A stretch of 64,000 bases of DNA from Phoronis australis (Eukaryota; Animalia; Phoronida): the NCBI GenBank assembly GCA_002633005.1, contig NMRA01000033.1:684233-748232 (forward strand). Reading direction: 5' to 3'. Both the position numbers and the translations under genes were made by a program. Below, one piece after another: positions 46,996 through 60,548 of the stretch. Every line of letters starts with the position of its first letter. Positions within the stretch are counted from its first letter, which is position 1. The notes under the pieces were generated by a model. It worked only from the letters and a program-made list of their open reading frames with translations, made no database searches and was not told where the DNA came from.

Positions 46996-48862
46996 GGGTG
47001 CTTCACTTCAGCTGTCCATATCAAACACAAATCTCAATCAATTTACACACAACAGGGACTCAACAAACCATGAACAGTTGTTTTTTCTCCTGATTACATT
47101 TACAGCGTCCGGCTCCAGCGAGTTTGCAACAAATTCATGATCAAAACACAAAAATCTTCCCAAAAGACAAACGCATCATGTCATCTGTAAGACGGGTCAT
47201 GCGAGTGACCACGGGAATTGTTGATTTTTCACGAAAGGTCATGACATCAATAACTCCACACTTAGCCACACCATTTTGTTACCTTCCGTGACCAACCGGC
47301 AATTGTCGTAGACCAAATAGGCCACTCGACCAAGTTAACTTGGTCAGCTTACATGGTCCGACCTCGCAGACCAAGTAAATAATACCTCCGACCGAGTTGC
47401 AATGTACCATTGATATCTGAATGTTTGCCAGTGTTATAATGAAAGTTTCTACCAAATACGGCTTAGATTTTATTTTTACAAGCTTGTTATCATTTTAGGA
47501 CCCTATGTGGCACCAAAATAACTCTTTCGACAAAAATCTTTATTTTAATCTTTTGAACGAGACGATAATAGAGTAAGCAACTGAGTCAGCCAGGCAAGCC
47601 TCCGAATGGGACCCGAAATTACACAACGCCACAAATCTAACAATTAGATTTCACATGTAACAGTTCTTTCACTTTTTCTTCAAAGTCCATTTCTGCTGTT
47701 CACATTTTCAATGTCTGTAATCGTTTTTTGTACTTTTCAATGTTCGAAATACATTATGTTTTCTTGTAGCGTACTTAATTGGCTCGACACCACTTTAGTC
47801 AGTTTCGACACCAGGAGCAGCCTTACTTCCTTAGCAATGCCGGGTCTATCGGTGTTTTTGAAATTCACATTGGCAAAATCTTCATTAATTAGTGATAGTT
47901 AATAACTTCACGCCCAATCCACAGAATACTGTCAGACACTAATTACAAAAACATTTCTTTTTAAGTTTTACTTGGGCTGGCTAACCGGCTGAAGAACGTC
48001 CAGACAACATATTTGACATCAACGAAAAGTATTCAATTTCATTTGACATGTACCCAGCAGAAAATGTGAACAGAAAAAGAGCACTTTGAAGAGAAAGTGA
48101 AATAAGTTATTGAAATATTCTAATTCCGTGAGTTTGATGATGTCACAGCCCACCGGACCGAGTAAACGTGCAAGCAAAACTATAGTGTATTGAGCCGTAA
48201 AAATTGGTTGATAACTCTCTAGAGAAAAGCAGATAAAATGAGTGAAATTATATGTGAAATTTAAATGCTTGATTTGTCGGCGTTGTGCAGTTTTGGCTCC
48301 AGTTCAAAGCCCTGGTTGGCTGCAGTCACTTTTATTACTCAATTATCTTCTTCTTCCAAGGATTACAGTAAAGATTTTTATCGACCAGTTTTATTTTGTT
48401 TCCACACGGTGAGCTCAAATTATTAAAAGCTCATAAAAACAAAATCTGGTTTAGAAAAGCTGCATTTGTCAGATCCTTTCACTATATCACTATGGTAAAC
48501 ATTCAGATCAACGGTACATTGCCACTAGTTCAGATTTATTTACTTGTTCTATGACGTCTGACCGTATAAGCCGACCTGAGTTAACTTGGTCGGGAGGCTT
48601 ACTTGGTCTACGACACCATTATCAATTCGCAACTCATCAGGTAATTCCGTACTTAACCTTAAACCGACTCACGTAACCTGTCTAACAGATGTTGCAATGC
48701 ATCAGCCTTTCCAGAAGATTTTTGTGTTTTGATCACGAATTTGAACAGGATGCTGTAAACACTATCAGGAAAAAGACCAATTGTTCATGGCTTGTTGAAT
48801 CCCTGTTTTGTGTAGATTTATTGCGATTTGTGTTTGATATGGATGACTGAAGTGAAGCACCC
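46996..48862. repeat. ~1.9 kb layered inverted repeat (foldback or nested MITEs)
   Basis: Arm pairs 46996-47160/48713-48862, 47305-47447/48477-48615 and ~47460-47710/~48060-48455. Confidence 0.8.
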
Positions 48863-49265
48863 GAGACCACTTCGCTGGACCAGTTCATGAGTTCAAGCGG
48901 CAGCACTGTCTATCCAGCCAGCTAGCTGTGTGACTATCAAGACTAGTGTCAAAAAACATTAAGCAACCTTATGTGTTAATCTTATACAGATTTGCACCTA
49001 GGCAATGACCATCGCCTCTGTTGGCCCGAAGCAGAGGCGATGTAGAGGCTATAGGCGCTCTGTACGCCGGAAGCTTTTCGGCGAATTATGCCTCGCACCG
49101 ACTAAACCATCAAAGTCACGTTGTTACAAATACCTTTGGCGCATAGAGGAACACCTTAGGAGGTTGTCGATGTGTTTAATTCCTTCCAACTCGAACAAAT
49201 ACTCCCGTTATGAAACTTTTTCTTCGAGCAGTCCCTATTTCAGTTCCCAAAATCGTGAACTCAAC

Positions 49266-50040
49266 NNNNNNNNNNNNNNNNNNNNNNNNNNNNNNNNNNN
49301 NNNNNNNNNNNNNNNNNNNNNNNNNNNNNNNNNNNNNNNNNNNNNNNNNNNNNNNNNNNNNNNNNNNNNNNNNNNNNNNNNNNNNNNNNNNNNNNNNNNN
49401 NNNNNNNNNNNNNNNNNNNNNNNNNNNNNNNNNNNNNNNNNNNNNNNNNNNNNNNNNNNNNNNNNNNNNNNNNNNNNNNNNNNNNNNNNNNNNNNNNNNN
49501 NNNNNNNNNNNNNNNNNNNNNNNNNNNNNNNNNNNNNNNNNNNNNNNNNNNNNNNNNNNNNNNNNNNNNNNNNNNNNNNNNNNNNNNNNNNNNNNNNNNN
49601 NNNNNNNNNNNNNNNNNNNNNNNNNNNNNNNNNNNNNNNNNNNNNNNNNNNNNNNNNNNNNNNNNNNNNNNNNNNNNNNNNNNNNNNNNNNNNNNNNNNN
49701 NNNNNNNNNNNNNNNNNNNNNNNNNNNNNNNNNNNNNNNNNNNNNNNNNNNNNNNNNNNNNNNNNNNNNNNNNNNNNNNNNNNNNNNNNNNNNNNNNNNN
49801 NNNNNNNNNNNNNNNNNNNNNNNNNNNNNNNNNNNNNNNNNNNNNNNNNNNNNNNNNNNNNNNNNNNNNNNNNNNNNNNNNNNNNNNNNNNNNNNNNNNN
49901 NNNNNNNNNNNNNNNNNNNNNNNNNNNNNNNNNNNNNNNNNNNNNNNNNNNNNNNNNNNNNNNNNNNNNNNNNNNNNNNNNNNNNNNNNNNNNNNNNNNN
50001 NNNNNNNNNNNNNNNNNNNNNNNNNNNNNNNNNNNNNNNN
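49266..50040. other. Assembly gap (N run)
   Basis: 775 N, followed by a poly-C tract. Confidence 1.
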
Positions 50041-50419
50041 CCCCCCCCCCCCCCGCCGGGAAAAGGTCCAGCGCATAGGCGGATTTAGGGCCCCCCCCCT
50101 TGGCTGCCGCAAAAAAAATAAAACAATAAGAGCGTAGGAAAATGTTGAGTTTATTAATTAACCCCGGTAATTAAAATTATACGGATGGAAAAAGATTTAA
50201 ATGTGTGCAGTTTTAGTGTTGGGGCCGGGGGACAGGGTAGCCTTCTAAGTACATTTAGTTTCGACCAGTTCCGTAGAGTGAGGTAATATTCATCAATATC
50301 CCCATGTACTTCGTATTCTTTTAAAAGGATAGTAAACCCTGTGATTATTTCCAATTATTTCCACCAATCCTTGTTCTGTCACCTGCTGATGCATCTCTGG
50401 TGTCAATCTTCCAAGTTAA

Positions 50420-50959
50420 AAGGATACCAAACCCGGTTTTATCCTATTAACAGATACTAAAAACGACTTTCCCATCCAGTTCTCTGAAACCAAATAATGC
50501 ACTGTAACGGCTCGACAACCCTCTAAAGTTTTGAGGAAAATCCGAAAACTCCTTACAAATTCTTATAAAGATGCAAGCGTGACCTACGCTTTTAGCGAGT
50601 TACGCGGCATCTGAGGGAAAAGATTGCTGCTTTATATTTCAAGATAGACGCCAATGATGCATTAGCAAATGAGAGAGCGAAGATTCGTTGAAATCATCAA
50701 AATAGGGTTTAGAATCCCTTTTAAGGAAGGAATCACGGGAAAACTCATACACCCCTTGTCGTAGTTTGGACAGTTGCCGTGTAATTCGCAAAAAGCGTAG
50801 GTTACGCTTGCTCGTTTAGCAAACTTTGAGAGGAGTGTTCAAAATTTTCAGCAAACTTGGGTTGTCAGTGGTTACAGAGTATTATTTTGTTTTAGAGAAC
50901 TGGATGAGAAAGTCATTTTAAGTATCTGTCAATAGGCCAAACTTGGATTTGGTATCCTT
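50420..50959. mobile_element. TTAA-flanked palindromic MITE (Kolobok-like purine termini)
   Basis: TTAA|AAGGATACCAAA ... TTTGGTATCCTT|TTAA; arms pair over ~200 bp. Confidence 0.8.
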
Positions 50960-51064
50960 TTAAAAATGCAAGAACGTACGTAGTTTTCCGTATTCGTAAG
51001 ACATGCAGGCAATTTCGTATGCGCATGAAATCAATAGTATGCGGACGTTGTTTTCGGTATAGGT

Positions 51065-51416
51065 ACACCACTCAGAGCATCTAATAACCGAAGTATCGGT
51101 TACTTTTGCATGCAAAAGTATAAAAATCAAACCTGGGTTCGAAAATTTAGATATTTTCGGAGTAGTGAACCTTCGGAGTAGTGGGCCTTCACAATAGTGT
51201 GCTGTGCCCATTTCCAGCGATGTAAGTAACATCATGATGCAAAATACAACCAGATAAAAATTTCGTCAAGTTATTCTCAGACTAAACAATTCCGTCTGAA
51301 TATGTATTTAAGCACTCCTGATTTGAAAGTTTGGCGGGTCGACCTTTGCAAAATATCAAAGGTCCAATGTTCCAGAAATTCGAACCACCCCCTGCGCAAT
51401 GCTGGCTACGGGCCTG
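51065..51416 (+). mobile_element. Right part of a hAT-like non-autonomous element; second copy 54417-57360
   Basis: Ends CTGGCTACGGGCCTG, the inverse of CAGGCCCGTAACCAG at 54417; block gcatctaataaccg... shared with 56757-57020. Confidence 0.55.
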
Positions 51417-53999
51417 AATCCCCACCAATACCCGACATAGCTGAGATCACTGGTTGTGCCACTGCGTCGGAGTTGCCCGACGCTAAAAAGTGGAATCCAC
51501 CCTTTCTCGCCAAGTAGTTAGTTTTTTGTTAGGCGTGTGGGGAGATCTTGGCTAGATTGGCGCCATTGACGCAGAATAGAAATGTCAGTTACTTAACGTA
51601 CGCTGAACAGAGTATATTGTGTTGTCCCGGCACTGGCAACCAGGCAAATTAAAAAATTGTGAATTAACGAAAATGGCACATGGAATATACGCGTTGTCTG
51701 TGACTTGAGATAACGGAAATAGAATCTTATCAGGTAAGGAATAGGCCTATTACGATAACGATTCGATTTATGTACGTGTTTTAGCCAACCAGCTAAAGAG
51801 GGCGAAATGCAACTTTAAGATTTACACAACCGAGCATAACAGTACAACTGTAGAATTTGTTTTTACTATAAAAAGTGTAAGTTCAATGATCCGAAATTGC
51901 CCCTCACTAGAAATTCCGAACTACCTTTTGCCAGGATTCTAAGAAATATCGTGTGGCGTCTCCTTCTAGGGTTTTCAAGATTTTTGTCCATTCCGGGCTT
52001 AGCCTGAGAATTATTTTAGGTTCTCATTAAGTCCTTATCGGATGAACCAATCTAATCGAAACTTCATGGTAGGTCTGCCAGTGAGGCCTGCTATGCATAG
52101 CTAACGATTACCTTTGCTCCAGGCAGGGAACTATTTTCAACTAGACTAAAGCTATCACCGACACCAGATTACTTTGATGGTATTTGACAATTTGCCATTT
52201 TCACTTCAGATTTCATTTAACAAGAATCCGAATTGTTCATTTGTGTAAAAAAAGAGTTTTGTCTACAGCAATTTTCCAATTTTTTGCTAATAGTTACAAG
52301 TTACAGTTCCTGGGAAACACGAATACTTTGATTAAGTTTGAGAACGCAAGTGACAATAATTTTGGGTGCAGAATGCTTTCGAAATTGCAACTAACGAAAC
52401 GGCAACGAAGTTCTCTATTGACCTATAATTGCCTCATCGTACTATTGAGTGACTATGACTAGGTACAAGTCTAACTTTTAATAATCGCCATGTGATGAAA
52501 CCGGACAGATTTAAAATCTATGAACTTGCCAATAATGTCGTACACTTGTGTTAATATCCGACAAACTCTTCTGAAGCCGTAATCTAAACACTAAAATTTT
52601 CGATTGATATAGAGCCCGTCAATGAAGGCTCATTCATACCCATTCTATTGTGAGTCTTGTTAAGTGGCCCCGATACAACATGCCCGATTAAGCCCAGTAT
52701 TGTCATTTTGGAAAATACCATTGTTTCCTTCAAAATCCAGCGGTATGATTAGTCAGAGATTGTGGAGCACAACCTTACATACATTTAGCAATTTCGACCT
52801 GAGAAAGTAGTCTTTACATTAAAGTACTTTCAGCACCTTCATAAAGTTGAATTTCGGTGCAATATTATATCTAAAAATACTCGTTCGACATGCCGCTTTA
52901 TAAGAGACGAGTGATAATTCTGGTCATTGTTAATTTTACTCTTAGCACAAATAATTGACAATGTTTACTTCTTCATAATGCTAAATAGAATGACATTTCT
53001 TTTACCCCTCGCAAAATCCGTGAATATCTCTCAACTTTAAAAGTTGCAATGCCAAAAAAACAGACGCTCGAATATTAAGAAAATGAATACCGCAAATGAG
53101 AGGCTTGTAGGCGCTGCTAAAGTGCCTACCTTGCAGGCTATTTTACTGTTTTATGACTAAAACGGTGAAATTTTCAACTTGATCTGTTACAATACCGCAA
53201 CCACACAACGACACGCTGACAACATAGCTCCAATACTATGCCATGATTACTGTAGCTAGCACGCACACATTTATAGTAAAAATAAAATACCTGTAATTTC
53301 AAAAAATGCCTTTTATATTAAACCAATAACAAAAGACATATACATACACCATCAGAAAATCAAAGCATTGGGTCTTCCCCAGATTTCAAAAGGTTGTGTT
53401 CATAACTACAAAATATGTTAATATATACTATCTACTATCTAACAACTGCTCCAATATAAAAGATAAAACAGGAAAGGAATATTAAGAAATTCAAACCACG
53501 AATAACAGAGAACAATCATAATTCAAAGACAAATATCGTTTGTTAAGTTAAGGGTATCTGAACTGCTGGCTTCTACTATAACCCGGCTGGCTTACATAAT
53601 TATAAGCATCGCCGCTTTTATAAGCAAAGAGCTGAATTTCAGGGTTGTTCAAGCCTTTGTCTTATATGGTCTTTCGTAAGTGCGAAAAACTTGCTGATGG
53701 CGCATATAGCAAATGTTCAAGTGACAAAATTTAAGAAATATCCACCAGCTACCTGTCATTACTATAAATGAGGAAATGAGAAACATGGAAACTGCTTTTA
53801 GTGTAGTCAAAAACCAACCAGATGATCTCCAAAACATGTAAAAACATTAGTTTATGAAGTCAAGCAGCAAAACCACATTTATTTGTAGCTATTGGGCTAC
53901 TATATGTCGCAACAATTGAAAAACGTCAAATGTGTCAGGGAACAAATCACCTGAAAACATTTTCACGGAACCAAAACATACTGTGCACCGTGGTGAAAT

Positions 54000-54405
54000 G
54001 ATATACAAGACCAGTTCGTCGAGGGACCAGATGAACACTGAGAGTGAATATCATTCTACACATGTAACCTGGCCTGGTCCGCCACGAGACCTGTGCTTAT
54101 CCCTATAAAAATAGTCGACATGTCGCGTGACCAAACAGTACCGACTGAGGTAAAGCACAATGTGGTACAAAGGTATCACAAGACTAATTCGTCGAGGGAC
54201 CAGAATTACACTGTCCTGGTACTTCGACTAGTTCGCTATGTTAAATATCTTTAAAAAATACTGGAACTGTCGCGAGACCAAAAAGTACTGACTGCTCAGT
54301 AGATAGCTTTACAAAGCACACTGTGATAAAATATTACAAGACCAGTTCACCAAGAGAGTCAACAGCCACACAAATAAACTGGCTTGGTCCGTTGCGAGAC
54401 CTAAA
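54000..54405 (+). repeat. ~160-170 bp tandem repeat, about 2.5 copies
   Basis: aagac(c/t)a(g/a)ttcgtcgagggaccag at ~54008 and ~54180, a weaker copy at ~54338; tgtcgcg.gaccaaa at 54121 and ~54268. Confidence 0.6.
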
Positions 54406-55370
54406 GAACGCTATGCAGGCCCGTAACCAGGGAAGGTCCGGGAGTTCGATGGAACCCCCTACCCCGCGGAAAAGGTCCAGTCCCAGCATATCCTTTAAAC
54501 ATATTTTCATATCAGGATATAGATGGACAACAACAAAAAAAATATTGCAGCTACTAGCTCTACTAACTACAATGATAAGTAAGTTAGTAATAATTTTGTA
54601 TTTGCTGCTGATTCAAAGCGCTTCACGTGGCATCGGGCTGTACCCGGCCAATTTCGCCCAAGTGGTGTGTAAATGACAGGAGATCGTGCAGACGCTAAAA
54701 GGAGGCTTGATCAGCATTGAACGCGCGTGGTGGCAACACCAATTAGGGTAACAAGGAAACCAGGTGAACCAAAAGTGAATGTTTATGCCTACTGTAGGTA
54801 TCACGTCTAGCCCTAAGTAAGCTGTATAGCAACGAGAGAGCTTCTAAATAGTAGTGCGACGTACATGTATTGCCTTAAAATCGGCCAAGAAAAAAAAATA
54901 GGAGATTTGTTATTCCACTATTTTGGTTTGATTGCTAGTATAGTACGGTAAAGTACAGCTATTTTCAAATTTTGAATTGAAAGTGATCGTCAAATAAGCA
55001 AATATGTTGTTCATTCAGTGTCCACTCTGATTGTGGATTGATATGCATGCGTGTACACGTGTGTGCGTTTCCGTTCAGTACATTCTGCCGTGGCGGATCT
55101 AGGATATCACAAGGGGGGGCCCAACATGTTGTCTGAAAACATTTGTGCGAAGCACGATTAGATGCGCATGGCACCGAATGGGGGGAGGTAGGGAGGGGGG
55201 TTCTCCAATATGAACACTAAAATAATGTGCAACTTCCAATGCTTATATAGTCAGCTTTTTAGTGAACCGGATTTCAACATTTTTTAATATCTCAAGGAAA
55301 AAAATGCAGGGAAATGATTGCAGAAATGTGGGCAGTCAATAGGTGCTGATGTCACTGCTTACATGTTCCA

Positions 55371-55680
55371 TCACTCCGCGTCACGTTCATCGCTTTCCGT
55401 GAAACTGCCATACAACTCGTCACTTTCCTCTTGCACTTCACAAACATCGGTGAGCAAGATATCATTCAGTGAGTTTGGTAAGATAGGACCACACGGCAAC
55501 ACAGATTCTAACACTCCGTCATCAGTCCGCATCCACCCTTGTCCTTCATCATAAGGTCTTGGTTGTTCAATTACGAGTTCGCAAGCGCGCTTGTACAAAG
55601 CGACACGGTGATGTACTCGTTTGATGTGAGGTTTCCGTGCAGTCAGGCACGAGGGAAGTCGAGCAAGGTCAACCTTGGAT
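55371..55680 (-). pseudogene. Academ-like transposon protein C-terminal relic
   Basis: SKVDLARLPSCLTARKPHIKRVHHRVALYKRA...P.PYDEGQGW resembles the LPP..AL..H.KRA.YQ...GW motif of Academ-type proteins; candidate terminus ...GCGGCCCTTA near 56477. Confidence 0.5.
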
Positions 55681-57473
55681 TTGTATAAGTAAGAATTTCA
55701 TCTTCACCAACATCTTGGTACGATTAGCATCTATCTTTGGCTTAAGTTGATAAGCTTCGACCTTGTTTTCTTGTAGGCATGATTTTTACGTCTGCTTAGA
55801 TAGCTGCCTTAATTTCGAATATAGTCCAATTTCCCTGTCCCCCACACTGGATTCGCTCTGATTGACATGTCAACAACCGATATGTATATTTTTATGTAAG
55901 GTTTTATTCAAGACGTTTTTTACGATGTGTTATCATGTGACTGTTTTAGAAACAACGTTCCTCTTCTAAAAAGATGAGATAGGCCTACATTGTTTCATTT
56001 ATTGAACCTGAAATATATTTTGGTTGGGCTGCAACCTAAACATGATGTCACAGTTTGTTTTCATTTATGCCGTCAACATCAAAGTCCTGAATTTGAATAA
56101 AAATAACGGATTTTCATGCCCCGCACAACATTTCTGTTCCATATGTTGAGTGTTTTGTCCCTGTAAGATAAATTTTATCACTACTTGTAGTTCTAACGCA
56201 ATGTCTGACCTACAAAATTTAAGTCCAGACATTTAGCTCTTTCAATTATATGAAAAAGTCGGGGAGATATTGCGAAATGTAGCAAAATCGATAATGGTGG
56301 CACTAATTTGCATAAAAAGCGCACGTGGGACATTTTTTCCGTGTTCACACATAATTTCCTTTATAAAAATGTAACTTTGAAGTTGAANGGGGGGGGGGGT
56401 ATTTTTCTACTAGACTATTAGTTTCAACTCGGCCGAGAGGGAGGTTTCTTGGGTGAGGTTGAGGCGCAGCGGCCCTTAATTTTTCAGTCGTGCTGCGATG
56501 CGATCTTGACATGGATTTGATGAATGTATCGTGGTCGATAATTCATCAATATTTCTACTATATTCTTTTAAAAATGCAAAAACGTACTCATTTTTTCCGT
56601 GTTGAGACATGGGAGCAATTCGCATGTACATTGATAATGAATCTGGACAATGACCACTACCGTCTCTATTTGTACTGGCCAGCTAGACGGTGGTCACTGT
56701 CTATATGAAATCCAAACAAAGTACTTTAGTACCCGGGCGTTGTTTTTGATAAAGGTGCATCTAATAACCGCAGTATCGTTTATTTTTGCATGTAGAAGTA
56801 TAAAAATTGCACCTGAGTCTGAGAGTTTAAGATATTTCCGGAGTAATGAACTTCCAGAGTAGAGAAACTTCGAAGAAGTGAAACTTCGGAATAGCGAACC
56901 TTCAGATTACAAAACCTTCGAAATAGTGGGCTGCTCCCATTTCCAGCGATGTAAGAAATTTCAGTAACGCGCAAAAATACAACAAGATAAACAATTTCGT
57001 CAAGTCACTCTCCCACTAAACTTCGTATTTTCGTCGGAGCATGTAATGAGGTGTAATCACTCATTTAAGCATGCCTGATTTCAAATTTTGGCGGGAGGTA
57101 ACGAGAGAACGTTCTATTGCTGGACCACATTACATCCGAATTTGTGCCCCGTTCTTTGGGAGCAACCGCCACATCATCCTCATTTCTGGTATAACATGTT
57201 CCGTCTCATCTTAAAAACATAGAGCTGAGAGTCATCGTTGGCTATACAGATTTCCTTCCCCCTAATTAAGCTGCGTCAAGGACCTTACCGAAAACTCTAC
57301 AGTGTCGACGTTTGCAAATATTAAAGGTCCACCCTTCTAGAAATTGGAACCACCCCCACTCAATGCAAAAAGCTTGCATTAAAAACTTCTTAAAACTTTT
57401 TAATCCCCAGTGGTGGCTCATACATGTATTTTCTACATCTTGTCGTTACTCACTGACAAAACTTGGCGCACTT

Positions 57474-58080
57474 TCACTCAAACAAGAAAGACTTGCAGAA
57501 CACACGCCTTCGGTTGCTCTGGATAAAGCGCTTGACGACCAATGACGTGTCTAGTCTTTTCGTTGTTTCGTAATGCATGGCCATCAGTGATAACCTCAGA
57601 CATAGTACCTCTCAAATGTGTCTTCACTCGGCTGCCTCACAGGATCCAATAGGGGACAGACATCCTATCAATAACAGCTCCCTGACGTTTGGGAAGATCG
57701 TCGTCTACGTACTTGAGTGTGGAACGTTATCTGGCAATTCCTCTCGACTTCAGAAGGACCGCTAGCGTCGGACTTATTGCTGAAATGAGAAAAAAAGATA
57801 TTGATACTTTTTATGTTTACACTATTACATAGGGCAATCGGTAATTTAACAGAAGACACAACATGCCGATAGTCAGAAAGGAGTCGATCCCCTTCAGGGA
57901 ATCTGGTGATGGCAAGTCCATGTCTTATAAATCCAGCCGATCCTTCAGTGAGTCTAAGTCTAATGTCACAAGAAATGACAAATTCCACCTGCTTGTTGTC
58001 ATTCTAAAACCTGGTGGTCAGCTGATGCAAGAGGTTGTCTAGGAAGGGTATTACCACTGTTCTTTTGTAGTACTTACTGG
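57474..58080 (-). pseudogene. Decayed hAT transposase (THAP12/ZMYM1-like), C-terminal dimerisation region
   Basis: YYKRTVVIPFLDNLLHQLTTRF*, then FPNVRELLLIGCLSPIGSCEA, KTHLRGTMSE and LMAMHY...KRFIQSNRRR, with stops and frameshifts. Confidence 0.8.
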
Positions 58081-60309
58081 AAGAAACAAGTATTGACTAC
58101 AAATTTAACCAAGCACTGCAACAATCACAGAACCGTTCACAGGATTTTCAAAGAGAATGCTTTCTTCCCTACAGAAGTTTTTATAAAGCGAGCTAGAATT
58201 GTCCTACTTTTTAGCAGGAGCGTGGCCTGCATAAACTTGGGTTTGGGCGTAAAACAATTGCGAATGAATTCAGAGGAGTTCAAAAACAACTCAGAACGTC
58301 CAGCGACACACGTGCCCATGTTTTGCAGGGATGGGATTGTTACGCATATATGAAGTGTTGCGACGAAATTTAATTCTTTTATTATTCCATTAAATAGAAT
58401 TACTTTACCTTGTCTTCATATTATACTTCAAGTTTCATTTTGTCCTCCAGGTCGTCAGTTCAGTGGAGACTGACCACAGAATAAGAGAAGACGACATTGT
58501 TGTAACTTTTAAAATAGAGCACCCTTATTAAAACATTTTGTTTCTCCGCCCTGTCGTCACTCCCCTGACGTTGGTTAGGTATGTAAATATTCATTATTTT
58601 ACGTAAAACGTGAGAAAATTGTACAATTGAATATCGCTAGTCATCGTAAATGATTTAAATGTTACCTGTTGGGTATCGTTCAAATCTGCCTTCGAGTATA
58701 CTTTTCGTTTTCGGGTTCACACACTGTTGCGCCAAACATTTTTTAGATGCAAGCGAAATGTATTTGGGTAGCGCACATGACCTATCGTCAGTCGCAAGAG
58801 GAAAGGCTATTGTTATTCAGGCCCGCAAATCACTTAATATAATTTCCAAAGAAATCGTTGTTATTCATGCAACATTAATGAAACATTTGAAAATGGCACA
58901 CTTACGATTATAGAAACATTAGTGTGCCATTAGATCAATAAAGAGGGAGTCTCCCAACGAGCTGTCGGTTCTCCCAGAAACAAGGCTGTGACGACATAAC
59001 TACAGACTGGACGGGGGGGGGAGGTTATATCATGATAATGGGTGATTACAGAGGGGAAGGAGGTAAAAAGCGATAAGTTTTGGATGATGTAATATGTGAA
59101 CGCCCCCTTTATAGTAAATACACTTCCATTGATCAGATGCAACTGGACAGAAAGCTTTTATTCGAGTAAGGTGAAATCTGACCTACCTGAAGGCCTGGGC
59201 CGATTGCACAAACTAGAAGAATGGCAGTTGACCACAGTAATGTCAAAATAAAAAAATCACTGCAATCACATTGACAGTCACGTTCATGAGTATGTTTTAA
59301 TTCATTCTAAAACCACAGTAAGCTGCACAAATCAAAAGATGCTTTTAGAATGAAGTGAAATATCGGGATTTAATTACGAATTGGTAAGTGATAACGGTAA
59401 ACGCAAATTTTTACTCAGAAAACATTTTTACATTTCTCCTATAAGCTGCCTTAGTCTTTCACAAATCACAGTTACAAAAAATACCTCTTCCGGCAAACAC
59501 AGGAATAAATAATGCAATAAATTACATTTGTTAAATAGCATTTTTGAGCTTCTCCACAAGGTAGTCAATTTCATACAACAGTAAAATTTTCATAAGTCTG
59601 TTCAAAGACAACCATGAGGCACAGTGAAATCTGACTTATCTGATGGGCTGAATGTGTAAATTTGAACAATAGCACCTCAAAGTAAAGGGAAGATTCGACT
59701 TGCATCAGGATCAGATATGTCTGTTTCATGGGCGCACCCGGGNGGGGGGGGGGGGCTCGGGGGCCTCCAACGATTTGGCGAATTGGGCAAAAATGTCTGC
59801 CTCAATGAAACAAAAAGTGCAGCAAACGAGACAGAAGACCACAAAGTCCACAAGAATTCGGTGCGGATGCACAATTCGTAGGCCTATACCTGGTGGCCCT
59901 TTTTTGTTAGTCCTCGTTAGAGTTTTTCAGTAAAAGGTCCACATACCAAAAAATTCAAGCCTCCCCTACATTTTGGGCTCGGTGCGAGCATGTGTTTTAC
60001 CTGGGAGTAATATAGTCCTAGGTTTTACTGAATTATCCGGTCGTATCTCATGATAACCGTGTAACAGGGCTGCCATTCTTTGAGTGTTTTCTCGTTCGTT
60101 GACACGGCTATACATGAAGTAGCCATCATCAAAATTGATGTTCAAGTGACGGTTGTTAGTGTACGGTATCAGAAGATCTTTCATCGACCGGCCTCGTGAA
60201 CGGGGACGCATACATAGTCTCTGCAAAAATGTTCAAAACTATGGGTACACCATAGTGATGTAAAAACCAAGACGATAACCTTTGTACAGTGTAGTAAGTT
60301 ATACCCACC

Positions 60310-60548
60310 CAGTGGCAGATCTACGATTTCAGTAAGGGGGGGGGGGGTTTAGGATTCGAAACAATCCGAGGCGCGTAGCGACGAGGAGAAGGAAGGTCGC
60401 GAGAGGGTTTCCCTCCTCCCGTGTAACATTTTTTGGTATTTTTAGTAGCTAATTTCGTTTTTCTGGCGATTTTTTTTCCAGTTTTTATTTTTGATCCTGT
60501 CCCGAGGGGGGTTTAAACCCCCTGAACCCCCCTGTAGATCCGCCTCTG
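60310..60548 (+). mobile_element. G-rich MITE with CAG..CTG TIR and 5-bp TSD (CCACC)
   Basis: CCACC|CAGTGGCAGATCTAC ... GTAGATCCGCCTCTG|CCACC. Confidence 0.8.

Noticed and set aside
49134-49265. Candidate PTPN23 exon 1 ending in AAG|gtattt
   Set aside because: All three minus-strand frames contain stops and none resembles the Bro1 N-terminus.
49005-50112. Long ORFs of 283-357 aa
   Set aside because: Artefacts of translating through the N gap; the same applies to 62879-63380.
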